The notes beneath the pieces are model-generated. The model saw nothing but the letters and a program-made list of their open reading frames with translations, was not told the origin of the DNA and searched no databases. Below are positions 9,164 to 18,959 of a stretch of 64,000 nucleotides of DNA, in pieces. Positions within the stretch are counted from its first letter, which is position 1, and each line of letters starts with the position of its first letter. Where the stretch lies: the NCBI GenBank assembly GCA_904387305.1, contig CAJFLB010000001.1, positions 39,564-103,563 on the forward strand, given 5' to 3'. The translations under genes and the position numbers were made by a program. The DNA is from an uncultured Clostridia bacterium. Lineage in GTDB: Bacteria; Bacillota; Clostridia; TANB77; CAG-508.

Positions 9164-10717
9164 ATGGAAACATATGGAAGATTTTTATTCGAATTTTTAA
9201 GCCAATTTTTCTCTGGATTTCAAGAGATTTTTGGTGGACTTTGGAATGGGATTGTAAATATATTTAATATACCAGGATATTGGAGTATTATCCAAAATTA
9301 TGCTAATGATTTTAAAGTTTCAGAATGGCTTTTAACAGGTTTAGCGATTATTTGTATGTTGATTGTAATAGGAGGTATTATTGGAATCATAATCTTTTTC
9401 TTGAAAAGACATATGAAATGGAGAAAAAAGATTATTAATCAAGAAGAATTATTAAAACAAATCGATACCTTAAATGGACAAGTAGAAGAATTAGTAGATG
9501 AAAAACTAAAATTGCTAAATATGAAGTCACCAGAATTAGGTGTAAATCCAAATGGTATCAGTACAGGTATGGATAAAGCTGCACTTGCTGCTGCACAATC
9601 AGAAGCAAATAATGAAGAACAAATAGATCCAAATAGTCAAAGTAGATTCTCTAAATTAACAATGCTAGACGAAGAATTTGCAAAATATAAACAAAAAGAT
9701 TATCACAATAATTTTACATTACCAGAATTTTGTTATATGTTTAGAAATTTTGCCGCAAGTAAGTTAAAACTATATTATAGTGAAAAGATGATAAGATTAT
9801 TCGTATCAGCAATTGCATCAACAAAACTTGTTATTTTACAAGGTATTTCTGGTACAGGTAAAACATCTATATCTCTTGCATGGGGTAACTTTGTAAAACA
9901 CCCATCATGTGTTGCATCTGTACAACCTTCTTGGAGAGATAGAACAGATATTTTTGGGTACTTAAATGAGTTCACCAAAAAATTTAATGAAACAGACTTT
10001 TTAGCATATTTATATGAAGCAGGATATACAGATGAAATTTACACAGTTATCCTAGATGAGATGAACTTAGCGCGTGTGGAATACTATTTTGCAGAAATGT
10101 TATCAATTCTAGAAATGCATAGTACAAAAGATTGGAAAATTGAGATTGTACAAAGTTCATGGCCAACTGATCCAAAGAAATTGATAAAAGGAAAATTGCA
10201 AATTCCACCAAATGCATGGTATATAGGAACAATCAACAATGACGACTCAACATTCATGGTAACAGATAAGGTATATGATAGAGCAATGCCAATAGATATT
10301 AATGAAAAAGGTATTGCATTTGAACCAGATGATGTAGATGCTCTTGACGTTAACTATTCATACTTAAATGGTTTATTTGATAAAGCAATTGTAGATTATG
10401 CTATATCACCATCAACTTTAAAAAAGATAGAAGACATGGATAATTATACAATCAAACACTTTAGAGTTGCATTTGGTAACCGTATCGTAAAACATATGAA
10501 AAAATTTGTACCAGTATACGTAGCTTGTGGAGGAGATGAAACAGAAGCGGTAGACTATTTCATGGCTAAAAAAGTATTAAGAAAATTTGAAGGATTAAAC
10601 CTAACTTTAATTAGAGATGAAATTGATGGTTATATTGAGTTTTTGGACAAAAACTTTGGAAAAGGCAAAATGAGCGAATGTATAGAATTCTTATTAAGAC
10701 TTAAAAAGATGTCTTAG
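9164..10717 (+). CDS. McrB-like AAA+ NTPase with N-terminal membrane segment and coiled coil
   Basis: Walker A GISGTGKT, VQPSW, Walker B ILDEMNLARVEYYFA, McrB-type GTINNDDST, KVYDRA; hydrophobic helix near aa 55-80 followed by heptads. Confidence 0.85.
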   Translation: METYGRFLFEFLSQFFSGFQEIFGGLWNGIVNIFNIPGYWSIIQNYANDFKVSEWLLTGLAIICMLIVIGGIIGIIIFFLKRHMKWRKKIINQEELLKQIDTLNGQVEELVDEKLKLLNMKSPELGVNPNGISTGMDKAALAAAQSEANNEEQIDPNSQSRFSKLTMLDEEFAKYKQKDYHNNFTLPEFCYMFRNFAASKLKLYYSEKMIRLFVSAIASTKLVILQGISGTGKTSISLAWGNFVKHPSCVASVQPSWRDRTDIFGYLNEFTKKFNETDFLAYLYEAGYTDEIYTVILDEMNLARVEYYFAEMLSILEMHSTKDWKIEIVQSSWPTDPKKLIKGKLQIPPNAWYIGTINNDDSTFMVTDKVYDRAMPIDINEKGIAFEPDDVDALDVNYSYLNGLFDKAIVDYAISPSTLKKIEDMDNYTIKHFRVAFGNRIVKHMKKFVPVYVACGGDETEAVDYFMAKKVLRKFEGLNLTLIRDEIDGYIEFLDKNFGKGKMSECIEFLLRLKKMS

Positions 10718-10722
10718 TGGAT

Positions 10723-10947
10723 ATGTCCAATTGGGGACGTTTCTGTTTGGGACATTTTTATGTAAAATTAAGAATTATAAATTATACAAATGATATTTTA
10801 AACAATTATAGAAGATGGAATTATATTTTAAGAAATACATTTTAACGAATTAGGGGATAAATTGTGATAAATCTGTATGAATAGGGAATTAACGGTAATG
10901 AATTTTACATAAAAATGTCCCAAACAGAAACGTCCCCAATTGGACAT
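10723..10947. mobile_element. REPIN/MITE-like element: perfect 47-bp inverted family B arms around an AT-rich spacer
   Basis: 10723-10769 is the exact reverse complement of 10901-10947. Confidence 0.85.
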
Positions 10948-10958
10948 TGGAGGGAAAA

Positions 10959-12080
10959 ATGGACTTAAATATTGTGAAATTGGCCAATATGGAAAAAGAA
11001 AATTCAACAAAATTTCTTAGCAAAATGGATTCTAAATTAATGATGGATGTAGATAGAAGCAGTATTGTGGAAAATGATGAATGGATGGATATGGTTGAAT
11101 TTACTGTTCCATATTTAGAAAAAGCATTAACAAAGGAAATTAAAAATATTGTAACAGAAGAAGAAATTATTAAAATAGAATTAATTAAAAAGGTAACTGT
11201 TGAAAGTGTAAAACATTTATCAAAACATGTAAATTTGGTAGATAGATTTAATCAAAAAAGTGGAGAAGTGACACCTAAGAAGATTTTAAATGCTTATAAA
11301 GAAGAAACGTTTCTAACTTATGAAAATAGATTTTTATATACATTAATAAAACTGATTGAAGATTATATGTATTTAAGAAAAAAACAAGATGATGAAGAAT
11401 ATAAAGGGAAAAATCATCAAAAAGCAGATTATCAAGCAGAAATTAAATTAGGAAAAGAAAAAATTAATGTAAAGATGGAATATGATTCTGAAAGAATAAC
11501 AGGAATTACAAAAACAGAAAAAACGGCAGAAAGAATAGAAAGTATTGAAAGATCTTTAAAAATGTTAAAACAAACTGAGGTTTATCAAACTTTGGTTGCT
11601 AAAAAGGCAACTTATGTAAAAGCACCATTAAAAATGACAAATGTTTTGTTGAAAAATGTCAATTTTCAATATGCTGTAAAACTATGGAATTATTTAAGTG
11701 ACCAAATGGAATTAAATGATAAGACAATCAATGAAAGTAGTCAGTATGAAGAAAAAGGAATTGTAAAAGAATTAGTAGATGAAGATATATTTTTACTATA
11801 TTCTATTTTCAAGAAAACAGATAATAGTAATACATTAAAAGGAAAAGCAAAATCAGCTGTTGAAGATAATAAGTTGGCAAAACAATTAACAGATGCCATG
11901 ATAGAAAGAATTATAGAATTAAATCCTGATATGACAGAAAAAGAGTTAAATAAATTAATTTCAGAAAAAATTTTGATGATGAAAACAAAAAAATTAATTT
12001 CTTTAAAACCAGTAGAGGATAGATTTAAAGAAAGAATTGAAAAATATATGATACAAGCAAAAGAAGTGAGGTTAAAATAA
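10959..12080 (+). CDS. McrC/DUF2357-like partner of the McrB-like ATPase
   Basis: Follows the McrB-like gene; PKKIL...TYENRFLYTLI and TNVLLKNVNFQ...KLW motifs typical of McrC/DUF2357 N-terminal domains; no clear PD-(D/E)xK nuclease; ATG at 10959 with RBS GGAGG. Confidence 0.7.
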   Translation: MDLNIVKLANMEKENSTKFLSKMDSKLMMDVDRSSIVENDEWMDMVEFTVPYLEKALTKEIKNIVTEEEIIKIELIKKVTVESVKHLSKHVNLVDRFNQKSGEVTPKKILNAYKEETFLTYENRFLYTLIKLIEDYMYLRKKQDDEEYKGKNHQKADYQAEIKLGKEKINVKMEYDSERITGITKTEKTAERIESIERSLKMLKQTEVYQTLVAKKATYVKAPLKMTNVLLKNVNFQYAVKLWNYLSDQMELNDKTINESSQYEEKGIVKELVDEDIFLLYSIFKKTDNSNTLKGKAKSAVEDNKLAKQLTDAMIERIIELNPDMTEKELNKLISEKILMMKTKKLISLKPVEDRFKERIEKYMIQAKEVRLK

Positions 12081-12893
12081 ATGGAAAAACAGGAAGACAA
12101 AAGAGAAGAAAAGAAAATTAAAAATGGTGCGAGCAAAGCTAAAAAAAGTACTGCAAAAAAAGAAAGCGAAACAAAAAAAGATGAGACAAAAGCTAAAGGA
12201 AGCAAAATAGAAAACAATAAAACAAAAAGTGAAAAAAAAGAAAGTAAAGCAAAAAATAATGAATCTAAAAATGAGAAAAAAGAAAGCAAAATAAAAAATG
12301 AAGAAGCAAATAGTGAAAAGACGTATGAAGTAAAAATGAAAAGAAAAGCTGGTAGTAGATGTCTTTCGTTTATTTGGAATATAGTTGTTAAAATAATAAC
12401 GATTGCCATTATATTCATCTCTATTATTATAGTAGTACAAAAAGTGACAAATAACCAAGAATCATTTTTAGGATTTAGAATATTCAGAGTACAAACTGGA
12501 AGTATGATTCCGAAATACCAAATTGGTGATGTTATATTGGTAAAAGAAGTAGACACAGATAAAATTCAAATTGGTGATGATGTAACATATGAAGGAAAAA
12601 CAGGTGCAATGAATGGAATGCTTGTTACTCACAGGGTGGTAGATATTGAAGAAGTGGATGGTAAAAGAGTTTTCCATACACAAGGTATAGCGAATAACTT
12701 AGAGGACCCTGTTGTAAGTGAAGAACAAATAAATGGTGTTGTTCAAACAAAAATGTATATTTTATCACTTATTTGTATGTTATTAAATAATAAATATATT
12801 TTCTATTTCTGTGGAATATTGCCATTAACAATATATGTAGCTTTTAAAATTTTTAGAAGTAAAAAAGTAAAGAAAATAGAAAAAGAAAATTAA
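12081..12893 (+). CDS. sipW: Signal peptidase I, SipW-type, with Lys/Glu-rich repetitive N-terminal extension
   Basis: VQTGSMIP, GDVIL, VTHRV, TQGIANN. Confidence 0.85.
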   Translation: MEKQEDKREEKKIKNGASKAKKSTAKKESETKKDETKAKGSKIENNKTKSEKKESKAKNNESKNEKKESKIKNEEANSEKTYEVKMKRKAGSRCLSFIWNIVVKIITIAIIFISIIIVVQKVTNNQESFLGFRIFRVQTGSMIPKYQIGDVILVKEVDTDKIQIGDDVTYEGKTGAMNGMLVTHRVVDIEEVDGKRVFHTQGIANNLEDPVVSEEQINGVVQTKMYILSLICMLLNNKYIFYFCGILPLTIYVAFKIFRSKKVKKIEKEN

Positions 12894-12956
12894 AAAATAA
12901 CTAAGAACTTAAAAAGAATAAGACATGAAAATTGAAAAAAATGGAAAGGAAAAGAA

Positions 12957-13685
12957 ATGAAAGAAAAAAATAAGGTTAGAATTATTGAAGTATTATGTGT
13001 AATTTCTTTAATCATTACCATTTTTTCTATACAAAGAACCTATGCAAGATATTTTGAACAAGTAGATACAACATATAATACAAATATCAAAAGATGGTTA
13101 GTTAAGGTAAATGATAAAATTATCTATGAGGCAGAAACACTAAATGAGGTTATGGAACCTATTATTGTAGAAAATGAAAATGTAAATCCTAACATTTTAG
13201 TCCCTGGACAAACTGGATATTTTGAAATGCTAATAGATTATACAGAGGTAGATGTTGCATTTGAGTACGAATTTTCTATGGAACAACTAAACGGAACACC
13301 ATTAGAGGATTTTGAAATTTATGGATATGAGGTAATTGATGGAGAGGAGCATACCATAACAGAGACAGAAGAAATAAAAGGTGTTATCGACCCAACAACT
13401 GAAGTAAATAGTGCAGGTGAAAAGAAAAGAGAAATCAGAATCTTATTTAGATGGAATGATGGAGAAGGAAGTACTATGGACAATAAAGCAGATACACAAT
13501 TTAGAGGAGAGAAACAAAATACAACAAATGATGATAACACGACAAATAATAATACAACAGATGATGATACGACAAATCAAGTTGAAAATAATACTTCTCA
13601 AGATGATTTACATACTGTACTAAAATATCGTGCAACAATGACATTTACACAATATATACCACCAGAAGAAGAAATAACAACTTAA
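12957..13685 (+). CDS. TasA/CalY-like SipW-class secreted subunit
   Basis: Signal ending RTYARY; WLVKVN, LVPGQTGYFEMLID, FRW...DTQF. Confidence 0.72.
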   Translation: MKEKNKVRIIEVLCVISLIITIFSIQRTYARYFEQVDTTYNTNIKRWLVKVNDKIIYEAETLNEVMEPIIVENENVNPNILVPGQTGYFEMLIDYTEVDVAFEYEFSMEQLNGTPLEDFEIYGYEVIDGEEHTITETEEIKGVIDPTTEVNSAGEKKREIRILFRWNDGEGSTMDNKADTQFRGEKQNTTNDDNTTNNNTTDDDTTNQVENNTSQDDLHTVLKYRATMTFTQYIPPEEEITT

Positions 13686-13719
13686 TAAAAGAAAGATAAA
13701 TATAAAAGAGGTGAACTTT

Positions 13720-13857
13720 ATGGAATTGAAAAATATAAAAATAACTAATTTAGAAAATGATGAATTGTTAGATGCCCAAAAACAAGTAGAGAGTTTTTTG
13801 AAGTTTTTAAATGGGGAATATGAAACTGTTAAAAAATTAGAGGAGGAAAATTCGTGA
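13720..13857 (+). CDS. 45-aa hypothetical protein (below the ORF-track cutoff)
   Basis: RBS GAGGTG; ATG at 13720; MELKNIKITNLENDELLDAQKQVESFLKFLNGEYETVKKLEEENS; GTGA overlap with the next gene. Confidence 0.6.
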   Translation: MELKNIKITNLENDELLDAQKQVESFLKFLNGEYETVKKLEEENS

Positions 13858-15461
13858 AAGAGTTAGTAGAAAATATTGAAAAACAAATTACAACAGATAA
13901 AGAAGTCATTTCAGTACTACCAAGAAATGGGATAAAAGCAATCAAAACATTATTAAAAACGATAGCTGAGATGACAGAAAAATATGAAACTTTAAATGAA
14001 AAATTGCAAAAAGAAATAGAAACTAGATATACTGAATTGACAACCGTTGAAGAAAATAAAGAGATTCCTCAATTAGAGCAAGAAATATTAAAATATGACA
14101 TGGCTGAAAAAAATACAGATACACGTTCTTCATTCGAAAAAATGGGGCTAGATCGTGTCATATATAATGTAAATGGGTACTATAAAAGCAATTTAGAAAG
14201 ATTAAACAAAGAACTTATTTTTAGTGTAAAACAATTTGAAAAAGTAGGAATCAAGCTAACAGCTGAAGATTTTTGTATTAGTGAATATGCAAAAAAATAT
14301 ATGGAAGTACTATTAAAAGAAGCATATGAAGGAGATATTAATTCAGAAGCTGTAAAAAATGTTTTTGAAAAAGTATATTGGCAATGTTCAGAAATCGTAT
14401 CACACTTATATGTAAATATAAGATACATTTATGATAAATATGAAAATCACATAGATAGATTTTATAATGAAAAAGCACAAGAAATTTTACAAAGTCTTTC
14501 TTTAACATCAGAAGAATTAGAAGAGAAAAAAGCAGAGTTAATTAAGCAAAAAAATCAAATTGAAGAAACAGACAATAAAAATATCCTTGATAAATTTTTT
14601 ATGGGAAGTTTGAATATCAATGATTATAAAGCAGACAATTATAAGAGAATATATACAGAACTAACAGACAAAGATGTTACTAAATTATCAGAAACTGAAA
14701 AGAAAGAAATAGATGAGAATATTGATAAATTAAATACAAATTTAACAGAATATGCAAAATATTTAGAATATAAATTCTTAGTAGAAGAAGTTTTGCAAAC
14801 AAGACAAGAATTGTTAAAAAATGCTGAAGCCAATAAAGATAAAAAAGTAAAGAAAACACAATATGAGTTAATCAAAGAAGAAATTAAAAAATTACAATCA
14901 GAAATCTTTAAATTAAATTCTAAAATTGAAAAACCAAATAAAGGATTTTTCGAAAGAAAAAAAGTAGAAGAAAAGAAAGATAGTATTGCTATTTTACAAA
15001 GAAATAATTTGGTTTTAGATTTGAAAAAGACATATATGCAATTAGATGAAGAAGTAATCAAACAAAAAATACTTCAAGATTTAGATGAAACATCATCATT
15101 ATATGATGTTATCAAATTTGCAAGTAGTTACTATGGATATATGGCTAAGGTAATGATAAAAAATAATGAAGATATTACAGATAAAGAAATTGGAGAGAAA
15201 GCTGAGAAAATAAGAAAATTTGTTAATTTTTCTAATTTTACAGTGATAAATCATGTAAATATAAGTGATACAAAAGAATTATCAATTATTATAAAAGATA
15301 AATATAAATTATTAGGAATGCAAATTTCAAAAGAAAATTTTGAAGAAGATAGCATAGACGATTTAATCAGAAAAGTAAAAATTATAAACAATTATAATAA
15401 TATTCAAAAAAGTAAATTTGCTATTAAAGATTTAGAATTTATTATGAATGTAAAGAAATAG
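13854..15461 (+). CDS. Large helical/coiled-coil cytoplasmic hypothetical protein
   Basis: 535-aa ORF, RBS GGAGG, Lys/Glu-rich; no recognisable catalytic motif. Confidence 0.65.
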   Translation: MKELVENIEKQITTDKEVISVLPRNGIKAIKTLLKTIAEMTEKYETLNEKLQKEIETRYTELTTVEENKEIPQLEQEILKYDMAEKNTDTRSSFEKMGLDRVIYNVNGYYKSNLERLNKELIFSVKQFEKVGIKLTAEDFCISEYAKKYMEVLLKEAYEGDINSEAVKNVFEKVYWQCSEIVSHLYVNIRYIYDKYENHIDRFYNEKAQEILQSLSLTSEELEEKKAELIKQKNQIEETDNKNILDKFFMGSLNINDYKADNYKRIYTELTDKDVTKLSETEKKEIDENIDKLNTNLTEYAKYLEYKFLVEEVLQTRQELLKNAEANKDKKVKKTQYELIKEEIKKLQSEIFKLNSKIEKPNKGFFERKKVEEKKDSIAILQRNNLVLDLKKTYMQLDEEVIKQKILQDLDETSSLYDVIKFASSYYGYMAKVMIKNNEDITDKEIGEKAEKIRKFVNFSNFTVINHVNISDTKELSIIIKDKYKLLGMQISKENFEEDSIDDLIRKVKIINNYNNIQKSKFAIKDLEFIMNVKK

Positions 15462-15491
15462 GGTCCAAACGGACCTGGTCCCAATGGACCC
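15461..15491. repeat. REP family A copy starting at the stop codon
   Basis: TA-GGGTCCAAACGGACCTGGTCCCAATGGACCC. Confidence 0.9.
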
Positions 15492-15502
15492 AAAAGGAAA
15501 TA

Positions 15503-16123
15503 ATGGAGCTGAGAACAAAATTGGAATATGATGTTGAAAAAATTTCTAACAAAATAAAACATAAAAAAAGAAAAAAAAAGATAGTAAAATTTGTGATACT
15601 CATTATTTTAATTATACTTTTTATAGTGAATATCATTTTAGCAATAGAAGAAAGAACACATATTTTTGGGATATATATGTTTAACATTATTTCTGAAAGT
15701 ATGGAACCAACATTTTATAAAGATGATTTAGCACTTGTAAAAAGTTGCAATATGGAAGAACTAAAAAAAGGAGATATTATTACATTTAAACAAGAAGATA
15801 GAATTATTTCACATAGGATATCAGAAATTATAGAAGAAAAAGGAAAGAAACAATTTATTACTAAAGGGGATAATAACGAAGTAGAAGATATAGAACCAGT
15901 AGATGTGCAGAATATATATGGGAAAGTTGTATTAGTTATTCCAAAAATAGGAAAAATAGTAAATTACATACAAAATGCAAGAGGATTTATCAATATATGT
16001 ATTTTGATAATAATTATATGTATTTTAGTTAATTTTAGGGACAATATGATAAATAATCGAAAAATTAAAAGAAAAAAATACGAAATAAAAAAATTGAGAG
16101 ATAATTATAAGATAGAGGGTTAA
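15503..16123 (+). CDS. sipW: Signal peptidase I, SipW-type
   Basis: ISESMEP, GDIITF, ISHRI, TKGDNN. Confidence 0.9.
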   Translation: MELRTKLEYDVEKISNKIKHKKRKKKIVKFVILIILIILFIVNIILAIEERTHIFGIYMFNIISESMEPTFYKDDLALVKSCNMEELKKGDIITFKQEDRIISHRISEIIEEKGKKQFITKGDNNEVEDIEPVDVQNIYGKVVLVIPKIGKIVNYIQNARGFINICILIIIICILVNFRDNMINNRKIKRKKYEIKKLRDNYKIEG

Positions 16124-16126
16124 AAT

Positions 16127-16987
16127 ATGAGAGAGGATAATAGACAAAAAAGTAATGCAAAAAAAATAATAAAAATCATATTGATCATATTATATCAAAT
16201 TCTTGTCATAATGGCTTTAATTTTAACAGTGGTAATTGTTTTGCAAAGAGTAACCAATAGTAATAGATCAATAGGAGGATATAAAATATTTAGAGTTATT
16301 ACTGGAAGTATGGAGCCTGAATATGAAGTTGGAGAAGTGGTTATCAGTAAAGAAGTAGATCCAAAAGACATTAAAGTAGGGGATGATATTGTATATTTGG
16401 GTAAAACTGGCGAATATGCAGGAAAAATTATCATGCATAATGTTGTTGGAATAGAGACAGGCGAAAATGGAAATTTGATTTTTCATGCAAAAGGTTTACA
16501 AAGTAATAGTATTGAAGATCCTCAAATTAGTGAAGACCAAATATATGGTGTTGTAAAATATAGAGCAGGTATTTTGACAACATTGTATAATTTAGCAACA
16601 AATATATATTCCATATTTTTTATTATTATCATTTTAGTATTAAATGTATTTATATCATTTAATACACCTAAAAAACCAAAAAAACCTAAAAAACGTAAAA
16701 TAAAACAAATTGAAAATATCAGTGATGCATCAGATGAAGATTTTGAAGAAGAGGAAATAGAAGAAGATACAGAAGAATATGAATTTGAAGAAGAAAATGA
16801 TGATGTGGAAGAAGAGCATGAGTCTACTAAGAATGAAGAATATATAGAAGATGACAACAATAATGATGAAGATAGTGAAAAGATAACACATGAAGAAATC
16901 ATAAACGAAAAAATGAGGCAATATTATGAAAAGACAATAAAGAATACAAATAATAATTCACAAAAGAAAAAGGGGAAAAACAAATGA
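16127..16987 (+). CDS. sipW: Signal peptidase I, SipW-type, with acidic C-terminal tail
   Basis: ITGSMEP, VGDDIVY, IMHNV, AKG; Glu/Asp-rich tail. Confidence 0.8.
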   Translation: MREDNRQKSNAKKIIKIILIILYQILVIMALILTVVIVLQRVTNSNRSIGGYKIFRVITGSMEPEYEVGEVVISKEVDPKDIKVGDDIVYLGKTGEYAGKIIMHNVVGIETGENGNLIFHAKGLQSNSIEDPQISEDQIYGVVKYRAGILTTLYNLATNIYSIFFIIIILVLNVFISFNTPKKPKKPKKRKIKQIENISDASDEDFEEEEIEEDTEEYEFEEENDDVEEEHESTKNEEYIEDDNNNDEDSEKITHEEIINEKMRQYYEKTIKNTNNNSQKKKGKNK

Positions 16988-17002
16988 TAGAATGGAGGTA
17001 TT

Positions 17003-17707
17003 ATGAATATATTACGTGAATTTAGACGAGTTAAAAAGCGAAGTCTACCAGCTAGAATTTTACTGATTTCGATATTTTCTGTAATATTAATAATAAATAC
17101 CTATGCATGGTTTAATTCAAATCAGCCAGTTAATATGAGTGGACTGGAAGCCAATATAACACCTTGGGATGTTCGATATTATGTAGATGATAAAGAGGTA
17201 TTAGATGAAACTGTTACATTTACAATAGATGAATTATATCCAGGTATGCCTAATAGAGAAGATATAGTACGAATATATAATATGAGTACGACAAGTACAA
17301 GCATTAATTATGAAGTAACATCTGTAAAAGTGTTTGGACAAGAAGTATTAGATCAGCTAAAAGAAAATAATATCATGCAAACCGATGGGAATACAGTACA
17401 TATATTTGCAGATGATACAGAATATCCTTTTGATATCGGTTATACATATGATAGAGCAAGATTGGATGGCGAATATGTAGATGATGAAACAACACCAAAT
17501 GCTGGAGCAACTTTTAAATTTCAAGCAAGTTGGGAGTATCAAGGAGAGGGAACAGAAGATGAAAATCTTGCTAGAGATATTTTAGATACGAAGTTTGGAC
17601 AAGGTGCTTATGAATATTATCAAAATGAAGAAAATGATCCATCTAAGGCAATTGAAATAACAGTTAAAATAACAAGTTCTATGATTCATCCAAGTGAAGA
17701 TACATAA
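17003..17707 (+). CDS. TasA/CalY-like SipW-class secreted subunit
   Basis: Signal ending NTYAWF; PWDV, LYPGM, W...DTKFG. Confidence 0.75.
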   Translation: MNILREFRRVKKRSLPARILLISIFSVILIINTYAWFNSNQPVNMSGLEANITPWDVRYYVDDKEVLDETVTFTIDELYPGMPNREDIVRIYNMSTTSTSINYEVTSVKVFGQEVLDQLKENNIMQTDGNTVHIFADDTEYPFDIGYTYDRARLDGEYVDDETTPNAGATFKFQASWEYQGEGTEDENLARDILDTKFGQGAYEYYQNEENDPSKAIEITVKITSSMIHPSEDT

Positions 17708-17716
17708 AAAGTATTG

Positions 17717-17913
17717 TTTATAGCCAACGTATTGTATATTTATTTTAAATAAATTCCTCAGTTCAATACATACTTTAGCCTTTCTAGAGATAAATTAAAC
17801 GAGCTTTTCGCTGGTCGCGCTTCCTCATTTAATTTATCATAAGAAAGGCTACAAGTATTTCAATCACATTCGTCATTTATTCAAAATAAATATACAATAC
17901 GTTGGCTGATAAA
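17717..17913 (+). repeat. Long structured hairpin element, family D copy 2
   Basis: Outer stem AGCCAACGTATTGTATATTTATTTT..AAAATAAATATACAATACGTTGGCT; same internal motifs and spacing as 2527 and 45290. Confidence 0.8.
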
Positions 17914-17941
17914 TAAATAATAAAATGGTAAAAAAAACAGG

Positions 17942-18013
17942 AAAAATGTAACAAAAATGTAACAAAAATGTAATAACAATTTCGTTGACAAAAAATGAAA
18001 GACTAAGTATAAT
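17942..18013 (+). promoter_or_regulatory. sigmaA-type promoter preceded by three 11-bp direct repeats
   Basis: TTGACA (17985)-17 bp-TATAAT (18008); AAAAATGTAAC at 17942 and 17953, and AAAAATGTAA at 17964. Confidence 0.7.
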
Positions 18014-18061
18014 TTTAATGTAAAATGTTGAAAAAGTATTTTAAAGGAACTGGGTGAGATT

Positions 18062-18862
18062 ATGGCAAATGAAGAAACAACAAATGCGCAAATACAAGAA
18101 ACACCGACACTTGAAGAACAAATTGATGAGGCAACACTTGGTGAAAAACTAGAAAAGAAGGCAAAAAAGGAAAAAAGAAAAAACAAAAGACGTATCGCCT
18201 TTGAAATATTTTTAGTACTAGTTATATTACTTTTAGTTAATGTATATATCGTATTATCCATATTTTATAAAGGAGAAAATTTTACAGTAACACTAGATAG
18301 TGAATATGGAAGAGAAAGCGGATTAGTTATCTATGAGGACCCAAATAACAAATACACAAGAACATTTTTAAGATCAAAAGACATAGAATTTTTTACAGAT
18401 ATTTCAATAAATTGGTTGCCAGAAGATATAGATAATGAAGGAAATGGCTCACATAATGGTAGAAATTACATAGCATATACATTTTATGCAGAAAATATGG
18501 GACAAGACACTATAAATTATTGGACAACCATAAAAATAGATGATGTTGTAAGAAATGTAGATGAAGCAATTAGAGTTATGGTATTTAAAAATGGCGAAAG
18601 AGTAGTTTATGCAAAAAATAATAGAGAAACAGGAGAACCAGAACCTGAGACAACACCTTTTAAAGATGAAGATACTGTTATGTTAGATTTAACAGAAAAT
18701 TTCGAAGTAGGCGATATTGATAAATGGACTGTTGTTGTCTGGGTAGAGGGAGATGATCCTGAATGTTTAGACGACTTAATAGGTGGAGAAATCAAAATGC
18801 ATATGACACTTACAGAGGAACATATTTTACAAGAAGATGAAACTCCGCAAGATGAACGATAG
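18062..18862 (+). CDS. Membrane-anchored fibre-subunit paralog
   Basis: N-terminal TM; IRVMV and VVVWVEGDDPEC match LRVAF and MYVWLEGQDVDC of 18960. Confidence 0.65.
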   Translation: MANEETTNAQIQETPTLEEQIDEATLGEKLEKKAKKEKRKNKRRIAFEIFLVLVILLLVNVYIVLSIFYKGENFTVTLDSEYGRESGLVIYEDPNNKYTRTFLRSKDIEFFTDISINWLPEDIDNEGNGSHNGRNYIAYTFYAENMGQDTINYWTTIKIDDVVRNVDEAIRVMVFKNGERVVYAKNNRETGEPEPETTPFKDEDTVMLDLTENFEVGDIDKWTVVVWVEGDDPECLDDLIGGEIKMHMTLTEEHILQEDETPQDER

Positions 18863-18959
18863 TTATGTTGTAAACTTTTGTGAACAAATCACACAAAAGA
18901 CTAAAATGTTTATAAGTTTTTTTATATAAATAAATTTAAAGAAAGAAAGGGAGTAAAAA

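Noticed and set aside
9164-12080. Canonical McrBC restriction system
   Set aside because: No DNA-recognition domain or evident nuclease motif; kept only as a McrBC-derived module.
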